From assembly GCA_001785985.1 (NCBI GenBank), contig MFVE01000002.1, forward strand, positions 28,600 through 92,599: 64,000 nt of DNA. The letters are read 5' to 3'. A program made the translations under genes and the position numbers. Source of the DNA: Candidatus Nomurabacteria bacterium RIFCSPLOWO2_01_FULL_42_17. GTDB lineage: Bacteria > Patescibacteriota > Minisyncoccia > Phycocordibacterales > UBA9973. Positions 1-9,756 of the stretch are shown here, in pieces; positions within the stretch are counted from its first letter, which is position 1, and every line of letters begins with the position of its first letter. Under the pieces are notes generated by a model. The model saw only the letters and a program-made list of their open reading frames with translations. It had not been told where the DNA came from and searched no databases.

Positions 1-48
1 TCTACCGATTCTGCCAAAACCATTAATGCCAACTTTGATTGTTTTCAT
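1..48 (-). CDS. gap: Glyceraldehyde-3-phosphate dehydrogenase, N-terminal fragment; the gene continues beyond the window edge
   Basis: The reverse complement of bases 1-48 translates to MKTIKVGINGFGRIGR, the classic GAPDH NAD-binding N-terminus. Confidence 0.55.
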   Translation of the reverse strand, partial: MKTIKVGINGFGRIGR

Positions 49-72
49 GTTATTACTATAACACTTTTTAAA

Positions 73-375
73 CTAAATTTTAATCTCCAACTTTCCACCA
101 AGCGCGGTGGAAAGTTTCTTTAGAAAAGAAAGTGTCGGATTGTATGCGCCAGATTCAAATCGAGCTATAGCAGGTTGTTTTGTGCCAAGTTTCTTTGCTA
201 AATCTTTTTGAGACATTTTATTTTTTATTCTCATTTTTATCATTGCCTCAACAATAGCAAACTCTGGTTCCCAATCTTCGTAGGCTTTTCTATATTTAGG
301 ATCTTTCATCCATTTTTCATGCAGATCGGAAAATTTAGTCATATCCTTTATTGATTTTTTTTGTTCTTTTTTCAT
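73..375 (-). CDS. XRE-family HTH protein, putative HigA-like antitoxin
   Basis: A 100-aa protein with an HTH motif (QKDLAKKLGTKQPAIARFESG). It lies immediately downstream of a RelE/Gp49-like toxin gene on the same strand. Confidence 0.6.
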   Translation of the reverse strand: MKKEQKKSIKDMTKFSDLHEKWMKDPKYRKAYEDWEPEFAIVEAMIKMRIKNKMSQKDLAKKLGTKQPAIARFESGAYNPTLSFLKKLSTALGGKLEIKI

Positions 376-418
376 ACTTTACAATATAACATATACGTTA
401 TATTAAACAAGTGGATAA

Positions 419-727
419 CTATGAGATAGCAGTCTGCCTTCTTTTCGCTAAATCTAATTCCCTTTTTGCTATTCTATCAGTCTTTTTTGCGAAAGCATGA
501 AGTAAAATAGCACAATTCTCATGAAAACAATATATTATCCTGATAGGAACTTTACCAGATATACGCAATTCAAAAAGTCCCCCACCTAAGCTTTTACTGT
601 AAGGCATTTCTATTTCATTTCCAACCATAATTAACATGTGCAAAACTTTTGAAACTTTACTTCTAGTAATTTCTTCCAAGCTCTCTAAGAATTTATCTAC
701 ATCAGTTGAAAAGTTTCTGATTTCCAT
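419..727 (-). CDS. RelE/ParE-superfamily toxin, HigB/Gp49-like (DUF891-type)
   Basis: A 102-aa protein with LFELRI..RIIYCF..ILLHAFAKKT signatures of phage Gp49-like HigB toxins. It sits upstream of the HTH partner, the usual higBA order. Confidence 0.6.
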   Translation of the reverse strand: MEIRNFSTDVDKFLESLEEITRSKVSKVLHMLIMVGNEIEMPYSKSLGGGLFELRISGKVPIRIIYCFHENCAILLHAFAKKTDRIAKRELDLAKRRQTAIS

Positions 728-732
728 CGTAA

Positions 733-1011
733 CTAAATACCTTTATTTCTATTTTTAATTTTTCCGTAAATCCAGCCAATCAGAGCCCCGTAAGCAAAAC
801 CATTTAATATGACAACAATAATCTGTCCTAATATTGGCATTGTTCCAAGTATCATGCCTGGTCCTGAAAGAACGTACATAGTTGTTGGCAGATAAAAGTA
901 GTTAATGGCATCAGCCAGATTACCATCAGTCCCTTTGAAAAGATAAATAGGAACCGAAATAATCCCACACATAAGACCTATCCACAACCAATATTTTGTT
1001 TTCATCTTCAC
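733..1011 (-). CDS. Small membrane protein, hypothetical
   Basis: A 92-aa ORF with two or three hydrophobic helices. Confidence 0.3.
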   Translation of the reverse strand: MKMKTKYWLWIGLMCGIISVPIYLFKGTDGNLADAINYFYLPTTMYVLSGPGMILGTMPILGQIIVVILNGFAYGALIGWIYGKIKNRNKGI

Positions 1012-1050
1012 ATTATACCAAATAATAAAAAAAAAGGTATAATCACAGAA

Positions 1051-4000
1051 ATGGAAAAAGACTTAAAATTCATACACCTCCACACCCATTCCCACTATTC
1101 TCTATTAGACGGGCTTTCGAAGCTTGAAGATTTAGTCGCTCTCGCCAAGAAGGCGGGAATGCCGGCGATGGCCATCACAGATCACGGCAACATGTATGGG
1201 GCGATTGAATTTTATAAACTTGCTAAAAAGGAAGGTATCAAGCCCATCATCGGAGTGGAAGCATACATGACAGCGGGAAATCGTAAGGACAAAACGACGG
1301 AAGCTGGAGGCACGAAGCGATATTATCACCTCACCTTGCTCGCAAAAAATCTAGAGGGCTATAAAAATCTGATGAAGTTGGTGACCATTGCCAACCTCGA
1401 AGGATATTATTACAAACCGAGAATGGATAAAGAAATCTTGCGAAAATATTCTGACGGAATTATAGCTTTGTCTGGATGTCTCGGCGGAGAACTATCACAG
1501 ACAGTAATGAAGGGCGACACGAAAAAAGCGGATGAACTCGTCCGCGAATATCAAGATATCTTCGGCAAAGAAAATTATTTTATAGAAATTCAATGCCATC
1601 CCTCAGTAGAGAATGATAAGAATGTTCGGGAAACATTAATTGGACTCGCCAAAAAGCACAATATCCCAGTTGTCGGCACACAAGACTCGCATTATCCATG
1701 CAGTGACGACCATGACGCGCACCACACGCTACTTCAGATAAATACCCAGGGTGATGGAAAAGATGGTGCGAAGTTTGAATTCTCCAATGATGATTTTTCT
1801 TTTATTGATACAGAGAAAGCTTTAGAAGTGTTTAAAGATATTCCAGAAGCCGTAGAGAATACAATGAAAATAGCGGATATGTGCAACCTAGAACTCGAAC
1901 TCGGTAAATGGGTCTTCCCTGATTTCAAGATTGAAAGTGGAAAAAGTTATGACGAAGAACTGCGCGCATTAACCTATCAGGGCTTCCAAAGATTGCAATT
2001 AAAAGAAACACCAGAAATAAAAGAGCGAGTGGAATACGAATTAAAAATAATCAAAGACAAAGGCTATGCTCCGTATTTTCTAGTAGTGGGTGACCTCCTA
2101 AGATACGCAAAAGAAAATGGAATTTTGACTACTATCCGAGGCTCGGTCGCTGGCTCAATGGCGACCTATCTGCTCGGAATCACCAACGTCAATCCGATAG
2201 AATACAAAATACCTTTTGAAAGATTTTTAAATCCTTTTCGTCCATCTGCGCCGGATATTGATATGGATTTTGCTGATAATAGAAGGGATGAAATGATCGA
2301 ATATGTTAAAAAGAAATACGGCGAAGATAAAGTGGCACAAATCGGAACTTTTGGTACGATGATGGCCAGAGGCGCAGTACGCGATGTCGCTCGAGCGCTC
2401 GGCTATCCCTACACCATCGGCGACCGACTCTCTAAAATGATTCCGATGGGCTCACAAGGTATGCCAATGACCATCGATCACGCAATGGAAATAGTGCCAG
2501 AGTTATCACAAGCTTATAAAACAGAAAAAGATACAAAAAAAATAATAGACTTGGCAAAAAAACTAGAGGGATGCGTCCGGCACATCTCCGTCCACGCCGC
2601 GGGAGTGGTTATTTCTCCTATGCCACTTATAGAATACGTTCCACTTCAATACGACCCGAAAGGCGAAAATAAAATAATTACTCAATACGACATGTACAAT
2701 ATTGAAGAGGCGGGACTTTTAAAATTTGATTTCCTCGGCATTAGAAACTTATCTATTTTATCCGATAGTGTCAGTCTCGTAAAAAAATTTTATAACATTA
2801 ATATAGACATCGAACACGTCCCCCTAGATGATAAGAAAACTTTTGAACTTTTGGCAAATGGACAAACAGAAGGGCTCTTTCAACTAAATGGTTCCGGCAT
2901 GACCAGATATTTAAAAGAATTGAAACCCACGTCCATCCACGACATCAATGCGATGGTCGCCCTCTATCGTCCAGGACCAATGGAGACAATTCCAGAATAT
3001 ATCAAACGCAAACATAATCCTAGACTAGTAAAATATTTAGATCCGAGAATGAAAAAATATTTAGGAGAGTCTTATGGACTCATCGTGTATCAAGACGACC
3101 TTTTATTCTCTGCCATAGAGCTCGCCGGCTACAACTGGGAAGAAGCCGATAAATTCCGCAAAGCTGTCGGAAAAAAAATCCCCGCAGAAATGGCAGCGCA
3201 GAGAGAAAAATTTACTAAAGGAATTATATCAAACGGACAAACTCCAGAATTTGCCGAAAAACTTTGGAAACTTTTTGAACCATTCCAAGCTTACGGCTTC
3301 AATAAAGCTCATGCAGCCAGCTACGGAAAAGTCGCCTATCAGACGGCTTATATGAAGGCAAATTACCCTGTCGAATATATGGCTGCGATTCTGACAGCCG
3401 AATCCGGCGACGTAGAAAAAATTTCCGAAATAATCAATGAATGCAAGAATATGAATATTTCGGTTTTGCCTCCGCACATAAATGAAAGTTATGGCGGCTT
3501 CACTTGTCTGCCTAATGAAAAAGACACGACGATCAGCGACAAAAATAAAAGCGTAAAAATAAGATTTGGATTCTACACTATCAAGCATCTGGGCACGGAC
3601 ATCGCCGATAGCATTATCGCTGAAAGAAAGTCGCAGGGTAAATTTAAATCAATCAGCGATTTCTTGGACAGAATTAAGCATAAAAATTTAAACAAAAAGT
3701 CCTTGGAAGCACTGATCAAGTCCGGCTGCATGGACGAATGGGGCGATCGAGGCGTAATGCTCTCAAATGTAGAGGCCATGCTCGCATACAATCACGAAAT
3801 AAACAAACAAAATCAAAATCAGGTTTCTCTTTTTGGTGGGACCGCTAAAATCAAAGCTCCAGAATTTAAATTACAAAACGCACCGGCGGCGACCCAGGCA
3901 GAAAAACTTCTTTGGGAAAAAGAGTTGTTGGGACTTTACATTTCCGGACATCCGCTCGATCGCATTCGCGAGAAATTGGAAAGCCGAGATATGAACATAA

Positions 4001-4272
4001 AAAAAATAAAAGAATCTGTGGGCAATGGCATCCAAATAACTATCGCGGGAATTATAGAAACCGCCAGAGTTGTAATCACGAAAAATAATGAAAGAATGGC
4101 CTTCTTGAAGATTGCCGACTTGACTGACTCTATCGAAGCTGTCTGTTTCCCCTCCATCTTTAAAGAATCCGTCGAAATATTTGTCCCCGAAAAATGCATC
4201 GCGCTGTCCGGCAAAGTCTCTTTGCGTAACGGCGAAAAGAGCATTATAATAGAGGCAGTGAAGGAGGTCTAG
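1051..4272 (+). CDS. dnaE: DNA polymerase III alpha subunit
   Basis: A 1073-aa protein with an N-terminal PHP domain (HLHTHSHYSLLDG), the polymerase core and an OB-fold region. Confidence 0.95.
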   Translation: MEKDLKFIHLHTHSHYSLLDGLSKLEDLVALAKKAGMPAMAITDHGNMYGAIEFYKLAKKEGIKPIIGVEAYMTAGNRKDKTTEAGGTKRYYHLTLLAKNLEGYKNLMKLVTIANLEGYYYKPRMDKEILRKYSDGIIALSGCLGGELSQTVMKGDTKKADELVREYQDIFGKENYFIEIQCHPSVENDKNVRETLIGLAKKHNIPVVGTQDSHYPCSDDHDAHHTLLQINTQGDGKDGAKFEFSNDDFSFIDTEKALEVFKDIPEAVENTMKIADMCNLELELGKWVFPDFKIESGKSYDEELRALTYQGFQRLQLKETPEIKERVEYELKIIKDKGYAPYFLVVGDLLRYAKENGILTTIRGSVAGSMATYLLGITNVNPIEYKIPFERFLNPFRPSAPDIDMDFADNRRDEMIEYVKKKYGEDKVAQIGTFGTMMARGAVRDVARALGYPYTIGDRLSKMIPMGSQGMPMTIDHAMEIVPELSQAYKTEKDTKKIIDLAKKLEGCVRHISVHAAGVVISPMPLIEYVPLQYDPKGENKIITQYDMYNIEEAGLLKFDFLGIRNLSILSDSVSLVKKFYNINIDIEHVPLDDKKTFELLANGQTEGLFQLNGSGMTRYLKELKPTSIHDINAMVALYRPGPMETIPEYIKRKHNPRLVKYLDPRMKKYLGESYGLIVYQDDLLFSAIELAGYNWEEADKFRKAVGKKIPAEMAAQREKFTKGIISNGQTPEFAEKLWKLFEPFQAYGFNKAHAASYGKVAYQTAYMKANYPVEYMAAILTAESGDVEKISEIINECKNMNISVLPPHINESYGGFTCLPNEKDTTISDKNKSVKIRFGFYTIKHLGTDIADSIIAERKSQGKFKSISDFLDRIKHKNLNKKSLEALIKSGCMDEWGDRGVMLSNVEAMLAYNHEINKQNQNQVSLFGGTAKIKAPEFKLQNAPAATQAEKLLWEKELLGLYISGHPLDRIREKLESRDMNIKKIKESVGNGIQITIAGIIETARVVITKNNERMAFLKIADLTDSIEAVCFPSIFKESVEIFVPEKCIALSGKVSLRNGEKSIIIEAVKEV

Positions 4273-4299
4273 ATTTTATCAGTAACTTTTTTAAAAATA

Positions 4300-4485
4300 A
4301 TGAGACACACAATAGAAAAATCTCCAAGTTCCTCGCCAGATCAACCAAGCCCAGAAGAAAAGATGGCAAACATTATACGCGCCAAACTTGCCCGAGGATT
4401 GACACTCACAGAGACAGAAGAAGCATTTCTAAGAGAACAAAAAAGAGAAAATTGGCGAGATGATAATCCTAGATACGAGCATTAA
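4300..4485 (+). CDS. Hypothetical small protein
   Basis: A 61-aa ORF, acidic and basic, with no recognisable domain. Confidence 0.2.
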   Translation: MRHTIEKSPSSSPDQPSPEEKMANIIRAKLARGLTLTETEEAFLREQKRENWRDDNPRYEH

Positions 4486-4535
4486 TTATATAAATACTAG
4501 AAAGGAAGTTAAATTGCTATGAGATTTTCTTTATT

Positions 4536-4568
4536 CACATTTACGCCATGGCTTAAATGTGTAAAGAG
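4536..4568. repeat. Left copy of a roughly 30-bp imperfect direct repeat (core ACGCCATGGCT) flanking the Cas2-like ORF
   Basis: TTTACGCCATGGCTTAAATGTGTAAAGA here compares with TATACGCCATGGCTGATATATGTAAAAA at 4976-5008. Confidence 0.6.
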
Positions 4569-4579
4569 GATTTTACAGA

Positions 4580-4954
4580 TTACTTGCCTGTAGTATACGA
4601 TCTTGCTAATTTGAACGTTTTTAATTTATCTTTTAAGCCAATAACTTTTATATACTCTAGAAATTCTTTTGGTAAAGTTGATGGACCAACCCAGACACTT
4701 TTTTGAATCATTATATAATCAAAATTTACTAATTGCCTACGAAACCAATCGCGCTCTTTTTTCTTATTTTGAGGAATATCATACATAACGATCAAATTCT
4801 TTGGTGCATCCTTTTTGAACTCTGATTCAAAAGTCAGATAATAGAATTTCCTTTTTCTGTACTCCTTCTTTATACGAGACTTCTGGCCACTTCCACTTAC
4901 TGGCAAGCCAAAAATATTTACTCTCATACCTTTATAGGAAAAAGTTCTGCTCAT
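4580..4954 (-). CDS. Cas2-like protein; orphan, no CRISPR array or other cas genes in the window
   Basis: The 124-aa protein has the segment NLIVMYDIPQNKKKERDWFRRQLVNFDYIMIQKSVWVG. This matches the Cas2 beta1-alpha1 pattern (LVLVxYDI...RRxLxKxLxxYGxRVQxSVF). It also carries a roughly 50-aa N-terminal extension. Confidence 0.35.
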   Translation of the reverse strand: MSRTFSYKGMRVNIFGLPVSGSGQKSRIKKEYRKRKFYYLTFESEFKKDAPKNLIVMYDIPQNKKKERDWFRRQLVNFDYIMIQKSVWVGPSTLPKEFLEYIKVIGLKDKLKTFKLARSYTTGK

Positions 4955-4975
4955 ATTATTATTTTACTACACAAT

Positions 4976-5008
4976 ACATATATACGCCATGGCTGATATA
5001 TGTAAAAA
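4976..5008. repeat. Right copy of the direct repeat flanking the Cas2-like ORF
   Basis: See the left copy at 4536-4568. The exact 11-bp core ACGCCATGGCT is shared, with similarity extending about 30 bp. Confidence 0.6.
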
Positions 5009-5010
5009 TA

Positions 5011-5340
5011 TTATTTTTTCTTCTTTAGAATCCACGAACCTATCAAAGTACCCATAATTGGTATAATGATTACTGGCCAGTATGAGGAATTAAGAATCTT
5101 GAACACAAATTTATAACTCACACAAATATCACCACCAGTTTGATAACCACATCGAGATGCGAGCATTAATCCTAAAATGTTAGTGTTAAAAATTAGACCG
5201 ACAATATAATTTATTGCTAATATAATCAGACCAATTGTCATCAACAAACATATCGCATATAACAAAAATAAAAACCAAAAAAGTGTCGTCGGAATCCGTG
5301 CTTTATATAAAGAATTACTATCTTTTTTATCTGGATTCAT
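5011..5340 (-). CDS. Membrane protein, hypothetical
   Basis: A 109-aa protein with three predicted TM helices. Confidence 0.35.
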   Translation of the reverse strand: MNPDKKDSNSLYKARIPTTLFWFLFLLYAICLLMTIGLIILAINYIVGLIFNTNILGLMLASRCGYQTGGDICVSYKFVFKILNSSYWPVIIIPIMGTLIGSWILKKKK

Positions 5341-5343
5341 AAT

Positions 5344-5871
5344 TTAATTATACAAACTCATTGCCTTCTCTTTACCTTCGGAGAAGATAGTTTCCACTGC
5401 TTCGGCAACTTTCTTAGAAAGTTTTTTGATTGTCTCTAATTCTGATTTTTTGAATTCGCCCAGTAAAAAATTTAATATCGCCTTTTCGCCTTTTGGTTTT
5501 TTCACCACGCCCTTTGGGGTAGCTGGTGAAATACCGACTCTAATACGCAAAAATTCTTCACTCTTGAGCGCTTTGATTATTGACCCCAAGCCGTTATGCC
5601 CGCCCGAAGATCGATTAAAAGAAATTTTGATTTTCCCTAACGGCAAATCTATATCGTCGTAAATTACAATTAAATCCTTCAGAGCTTTCTTGCCCGCCAA
5701 AGCCTTGGCGACGGCGGGACCCGAATTATTCATAAAAGTATCTGGAGTGATAAATTTTATTTTATGGCCCTCTATTTTTTTTTCCACCAAACCAACCATA
5801 ATCCGCCCAGTATTATGTCTGGTATTTTCATATTCATTTCCCGGATTTCCTAAGCCAACAACAAGTTTCAT
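5344..5871 (-). CDS. pth: Peptidyl-tRNA hydrolase
   Basis: The N-terminus MKLVVGLGNPGNEYENTRHNTGRIMV and the HNGLGS region are typical of Pth. The start is taken at MKLVVG rather than the upstream MCY. Confidence 0.9.
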   Translation of the reverse strand: MKLVVGLGNPGNEYENTRHNTGRIMVGLVEKKIEGHKIKFITPDTFMNNSGPAVAKALAGKKALKDLIVIYDDIDLPLGKIKISFNRSSGGHNGLGSIIKALKSEEFLRIRVGISPATPKGVVKKPKGEKAILNFLLGEFKKSELETIKKLSKKVAEAVETIFSEGKEKAMSLYN

Positions 5872-5896
5872 TTTCTTATGATAACACAAAAAAGAA

Positions 5897-5942
5897 CCTC
5901 TCCCAACCCTCTCCTTACCAAGGAGAGGGCGAAGGGTGAGGT
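5897..5942. repeat. Palindromic GC-rich repeat (CCCTCTCCTT...AAGGAGAGGG...GGGTGAGG family) in the pth-lepB divergent intergenic region
   Basis: The sequence cctctcccaaccctctcctt-acca-aggagagggcgaagggtgagg is a near-perfect hairpin. The same family occurs at 8201, 63322, 63381 and 63780. Confidence 0.7.
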
Positions 5943-6003
5943 GAATTTATTACAAAACAAATAACAATACTATGTCAAGGATTTTTTGTGTTATATTACA
6001 ACG

Positions 6004-6564
6004 ATGGAACCAACGAAAACCAGAGGTCAGTCGTTTTGGGAACTCGTACGTTTTATATTTCTGGCGCTAATAATAGTCATTCCCGTCCGCGTACTGATCG
6101 CGGAGCCATTTGTGGTTTCAGGAAATTCTATGGTCCCTACTTTTGAGAATGCAGATTATTTAATTGTAGATAAAATATCTTATAGATTCAGCGAACCAAA
6201 GAGAGATGACATTGTGATCTTTCGATATCCAAATGATCCGACAAAATTCTTTATCAAAAGAATAATCGGCCTGCCACAAGAGACGGTGGACATAAAAGGC
6301 AGTACAGTAACTATAATCAATGAAAAATATAAAGAAGGATTCACTCTCAATGAACCTTATGTAAAAAATAATGCAAACAATCTGACTCATTTTGAACTGA
6401 AGAATGATGAATACTTCGTAATGGGAGACAATCGAAGCGGGAGTTCGGATTCCAGATCTTGGGGAGCGGTAAAAAGAGAGCTGATCACAGGCAAAGCCTT
6501 CTTGCGATTATTGCCGATAAAAAAACTTAGTATCTTGCCGGGCAATTATAAACAAACAGAGTAA
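6004..6564 (+). CDS. lepB: Signal peptidase I
   Basis: The protein has an N-terminal TM helix, an SGNSMVPTF catalytic Ser box and a GDNRSGSSDSRSWG box. Confidence 0.85.
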   Translation: MEPTKTRGQSFWELVRFIFLALIIVIPVRVLIAEPFVVSGNSMVPTFENADYLIVDKISYRFSEPKRDDIVIFRYPNDPTKFFIKRIIGLPQETVDIKGSTVTIINEKYKEGFTLNEPYVKNNANNLTHFELKNDEYFVMGDNRSGSSDSRSWGAVKRELITGKAFLRLLPIKKLSILPGNYKQTE

Positions 6565-6578
6565 ACAGTCAAATTAAA

Positions 6579-7880
6579 ATGAAAAAACCAACTAATAAAA
6601 ACAGGATGCAAGATATTTCATCGCCCAAAGGAATGAGAGATTTGATGAATGAAGAATATTATTCTTTTCAAGGATTTTTTGAAAAAGCGCAGGAAGTGGC
6701 AGTGTATTATGGCTTTAAACCAATCGACACTCCGATCTTAGAACACGAAGAAATTTTTACCACGGGGATAGGCGAAGGAACAGATATTGTGGATAAAGAA
6801 ATGTACACGCTGAAGACCAAAGGCGGCGACCACTTGGCGCTCCGACCAGAGCACACCGCGCCACTCGCTCGCGCCTATGTCGAACACGGAATGCAAGCAC
6901 TCCCCCAGCCAGTAATGCTTTACCAATACGGTCCGATCTTTCGACATGACAAGCCTCAGCGCGGACGCTACAGGCAATTTTGGCAATTTGATTTGGATTC
7001 ACTAGGAAACGATAAAAGCATTATGGACGCGCTGGTGATCAAAGCTGGCATGAGCATTTTAGAAGAAGCTGGAGCTTCGAGCCTTTCGATCGATATCAAT
7101 TCCATCGGAGACAAAGAATGCCGAAATGGATACATCAGAGAGCTGACAAACTACTACAAAAAGCACATTGGCCAACTCCCGGGTATTGATCGAGAACGCC
7201 TGAAGACAAATCCGCTGCGCATCTTGGACTCCAAAGAAGAAAAGACAAAAGAAATAAACGAGGGCGCTCCAGACTCGATATCTTTCCTTTGCCCTTCTTG
7301 CAAAAAACACTTCAAAGAAGTCTTGGAATATTTAGAAGAAATGAATATTCAATACAATATAAACAAAAATTTAGTGCGGGGGCTTTCCTATTATACCCGC
7401 ACTGTTTTTGAGATAATGGAACAAGGAGGCGCTGAGGATGGCGGAGCGCTCGCGCTGGCTGGCGGCGGACGCTATGACTATCTAGCTCGCCATCTTGGAA
7501 GCAAAAAAGATGTGCCAGCAGTCGGGATTTCGATCGGAGTAGACAGAATAGTCGCCTCGGCTTGGTACAAGAAATTAACGCCGCGCATATTAAAAAAGCC
7601 GAAAATTTATTTCATCCAGCTCGGGTCTGAAGCAAAATTGAAAAGTTTGAATATAATTGAGATATTAAGGAAGGCGCATATCCCCATCGCCCAATCGCTT
7701 TCCAAGGATAGCCTAGGCTCGCAATTGGCCATCGCCGAGAAGCTGGCTATCCCTTACGCGCTCATCTTCGGAGTCAAAGAAGCCCTAGATAATTCAGTGA
7801 TAGTGCGAGATATGAGCAATCGATCCCAAGACACTGTGAAATTGCCGAAGCTTCTGGAATATTTGAAAGAACTAAAATAA
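6579..7880 (+). CDS. hisS: Histidyl-tRNA synthetase
   Basis: A class II aaRS with HisRS motifs (RPEHTAP, GGGRYDYL) and a C-terminal anticodon-binding domain. Confidence 0.9.
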   Translation: MKKPTNKNRMQDISSPKGMRDLMNEEYYSFQGFFEKAQEVAVYYGFKPIDTPILEHEEIFTTGIGEGTDIVDKEMYTLKTKGGDHLALRPEHTAPLARAYVEHGMQALPQPVMLYQYGPIFRHDKPQRGRYRQFWQFDLDSLGNDKSIMDALVIKAGMSILEEAGASSLSIDINSIGDKECRNGYIRELTNYYKKHIGQLPGIDRERLKTNPLRILDSKEEKTKEINEGAPDSISFLCPSCKKHFKEVLEYLEEMNIQYNINKNLVRGLSYYTRTVFEIMEQGGAEDGGALALAGGGRYDYLARHLGSKKDVPAVGISIGVDRIVASAWYKKLTPRILKKPKIYFIQLGSEAKLKSLNIIEILRKAHIPIAQSLSKDSLGSQLAIAEKLAIPYALIFGVKEALDNSVIVRDMSNRSQDTVKLPKLLEYLKELK

Positions 7881-7909
7881 AGCTAGCTTGTAGGGATTAG
7901 TAAAATACA

Positions 7910-8518
7910 ATGCTAAAAAAAATTTTACAATTTCAAAAAGAACCTGCCCGCAATGCTTCGCATAGCGATGCAGGCGGGGAAAAAATTCTGCGCCAAGTCG
8001 CGAAAGAAGTGCCTCTGCCTGAGATCACAACCATTAAAATAAAAAAAATATTAAGAGAGATGTCCGAAGCTTTGGAAAGCCAAGATGATGGCGTAGCGAT
8101 AGCGGCGCCGCAGATCGGATACTCACTGAAGATATTTTTAGTGTCTAGTAGGGTTTTGAAAGCAGGATTCGCTAAGAATCAGGAAGCATTCGAAAAAGAA
8201 CCTCACCCCGACCCTCTCCTTGTAAAGGAGAGGGAGAAAATAGTAAAAGACCTAGTTTTTATCAACCCAAAAATATCCAAACTCTCCCGTGAAAAGAAAT
8301 GGGTGCCAGAAGGCTGTCTCTCTGTCCGCCCTCTCTACGGTAAGACATTTAGATCTATCAAGGCGACAGTCACAGCCTATGATGAAAATGGCAAGAAATT
8401 TAAGAGAGGCGCCTCGGGATTGCTCGCACAAATCTTTCAGCATGAGACGGATCATTTAAATGGAATACTTTTTATTGATCAAGCCAAAGATATAAGGGAA
8501 GAGTTACCGAAAAAATAA
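7910..8518 (+). CDS. def: Peptide deformylase carrying an in-frame insertion derived from the palindromic repeat
   Basis: The three PDF motifs are present: GVAIAAPQIG, EGCLS and QHETDHLNG. The repeat copy at 8201-8235 encodes ...EPHPDPLLVKEREK... between motifs I and II. Confidence 0.85.
   Translation: MLKKILQFQKEPARNASHSDAGGEKILRQVAKEVPLPEITTIKIKKILREMSEALESQDDGVAIAAPQIGYSLKIFLVSSRVLKAGFAKNQEAFEKEPHPDPLLVKEREKIVKDLVFINPKISKLSREKKWVPEGCLSVRPLYGKTFRSIKATVTAYDENGKKFKRGASGLLAQIFQHETDHLNGILFIDQAKDIREELPKK
8201..8235. repeat. Copy of the palindromic repeat family embedded in frame in def
   Basis: The sequence is cctcaccccgaccctctcctt-gtaa-aggagaggg. Confidence 0.65.
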
Positions 8519-8519
8519 T

Positions 8520-9362
8520 ATGCAAAATTTTGTATTTTGGGGAACTCCAGACGTGGCATCCGAAACACTTGAGATATTAAAGCAAGCCGGATTTTTACCT
8601 TCTCTCATTATTACTTCCCTAGATAAACCTCAGGGACGCAAAATGCTTATAACTCCCCCGCCGGTAAAAGTCTGGGCAACTTTAAACAAGATTCCGTATT
8701 TACAACCTGAGAAACTAAACGAGGATTTTTTTAATCAGCTACAAGCTACCAGCTACAAGCTATCCGTCGTCGTCGCTTACGGAAAAATCATACCAGAAAA
8801 AATATTAAATATGCCTGAATTTGGCTCAATCAATATTCATTATTCTCTGCTGCCAAAATATCGCGGGGCTTCCCCTGTAGAATCAGCTATCTTAAATGGT
8901 GACGTAGAAACCGGTGTGACTATCCAGAAAATGGAATTTAAAATGGACTCTGGTCCGATCATCGCTCAAGAAAAAGTGAAGATATCGCCAGATGAAAAAG
9001 CGCCAGAGCTGCGCAAGAGGCTCATAAAACAAGGCGGGGAGATTTTAGTGAAAATCCTACCAGAATTTATTTCTGGAAAAATCAAACCCATCCCGCAAGA
9101 CGAAAGCCTTGCTTCCGTTTGCGGAAAAATTAAAAAAGAAGACGGACTGATAAATTTGGGAGCCGAGCTCCCAAATGTTTTATATAACAAGTTCAGAGCC
9201 TATGCCACCTGGCCGAGGATTTTCTTTTTCAAAGACGGCAAAAGAATTATCATCACTAATGCCGAACTGATAGACAATAAATTTGTAATTAAAAAAGTTT
9301 TACCTGAAGGCAGAAAAGAGATTACGTGGGAGGAATTTAAAAAGACTAATACTTCGAAGTAA
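8520..9362 (+). CDS. fmt: Methionyl-tRNA formyltransferase
   Basis: The SLLPKYRGASP formyltransferase motif is present. The start lies 2 nt after the def stop, consistent with a def-fmt operon. Confidence 0.9.
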   Translation: MQNFVFWGTPDVASETLEILKQAGFLPSLIITSLDKPQGRKMLITPPPVKVWATLNKIPYLQPEKLNEDFFNQLQATSYKLSVVVAYGKIIPEKILNMPEFGSINIHYSLLPKYRGASPVESAILNGDVETGVTIQKMEFKMDSGPIIAQEKVKISPDEKAPELRKRLIKQGGEILVKILPEFISGKIKPIPQDESLASVCGKIKKEDGLINLGAELPNVLYNKFRAYATWPRIFFFKDGKRIIITNAELIDNKFVIKKVLPEGRKEITWEEFKKTNTSK

Positions 9363-9744
9363 AAGGATTACGCTTGGAGAGGCCTTTCATCATTTTTTTG
9401 ACGCTCCTGGCTCCGCGATGCAAAAGCGTCTGACTGCGGTCTTTGTTTTTATTTATTTCATAATAGAGACTGTCTTTGATAGCATCAATGGCTTGATACA
9501 AGTCTTCTTTGTCAGCGCTGCCGTAAAATTCTTTGCCATCTATTTTGATCAAACAATCCGCGTGGAAAATTTCCCCCGATTTATGATGATTGGTAGACTT
9601 GCTCACCTCAAAATTTACCATCACTTTCCCCTGCCTTTCTTCTATCCTAGATAGCAATTTTTCCAAGTTGGTCACCCTCTTGGAAACATAGTCCTTAATG
9701 GCCTCCGTCAATTCAATATTTTTACCTTGTAGATTGATTTGCAT
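9346..9744 (-). CDS. hpf: Ribosome hibernation promoting factor (RaiA/YfiA family)
   Basis: The N-terminus MQINLQGKNIELTEAIKDYVSKRV and the overall pattern match the sigma-54 modulation / HPF fold. Confidence 0.8.
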   Translation of the reverse strand: MQINLQGKNIELTEAIKDYVSKRVTNLEKLLSRIEERQGKVMVNFEVSKSTNHHKSGEIFHADCLIKIDGKEFYGSADKEDLYQAIDAIKDSLYYEINKNKDRSQTLLHRGARSVKKMMKGLSKRNPFTSKY

Positions 9745-9756
9745 AGCTTTATTGTA

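Noticed and set aside
5344-6003. The ORF-track starts MCYHKK (pth) and MCYITT (lepB)
   Set aside because: Both upstream extensions run into the palindromic intergenic repeat. Conserved N-termini (MKLVVGLGNPG; TM helix after MEPTK) indicate the downstream methionines.
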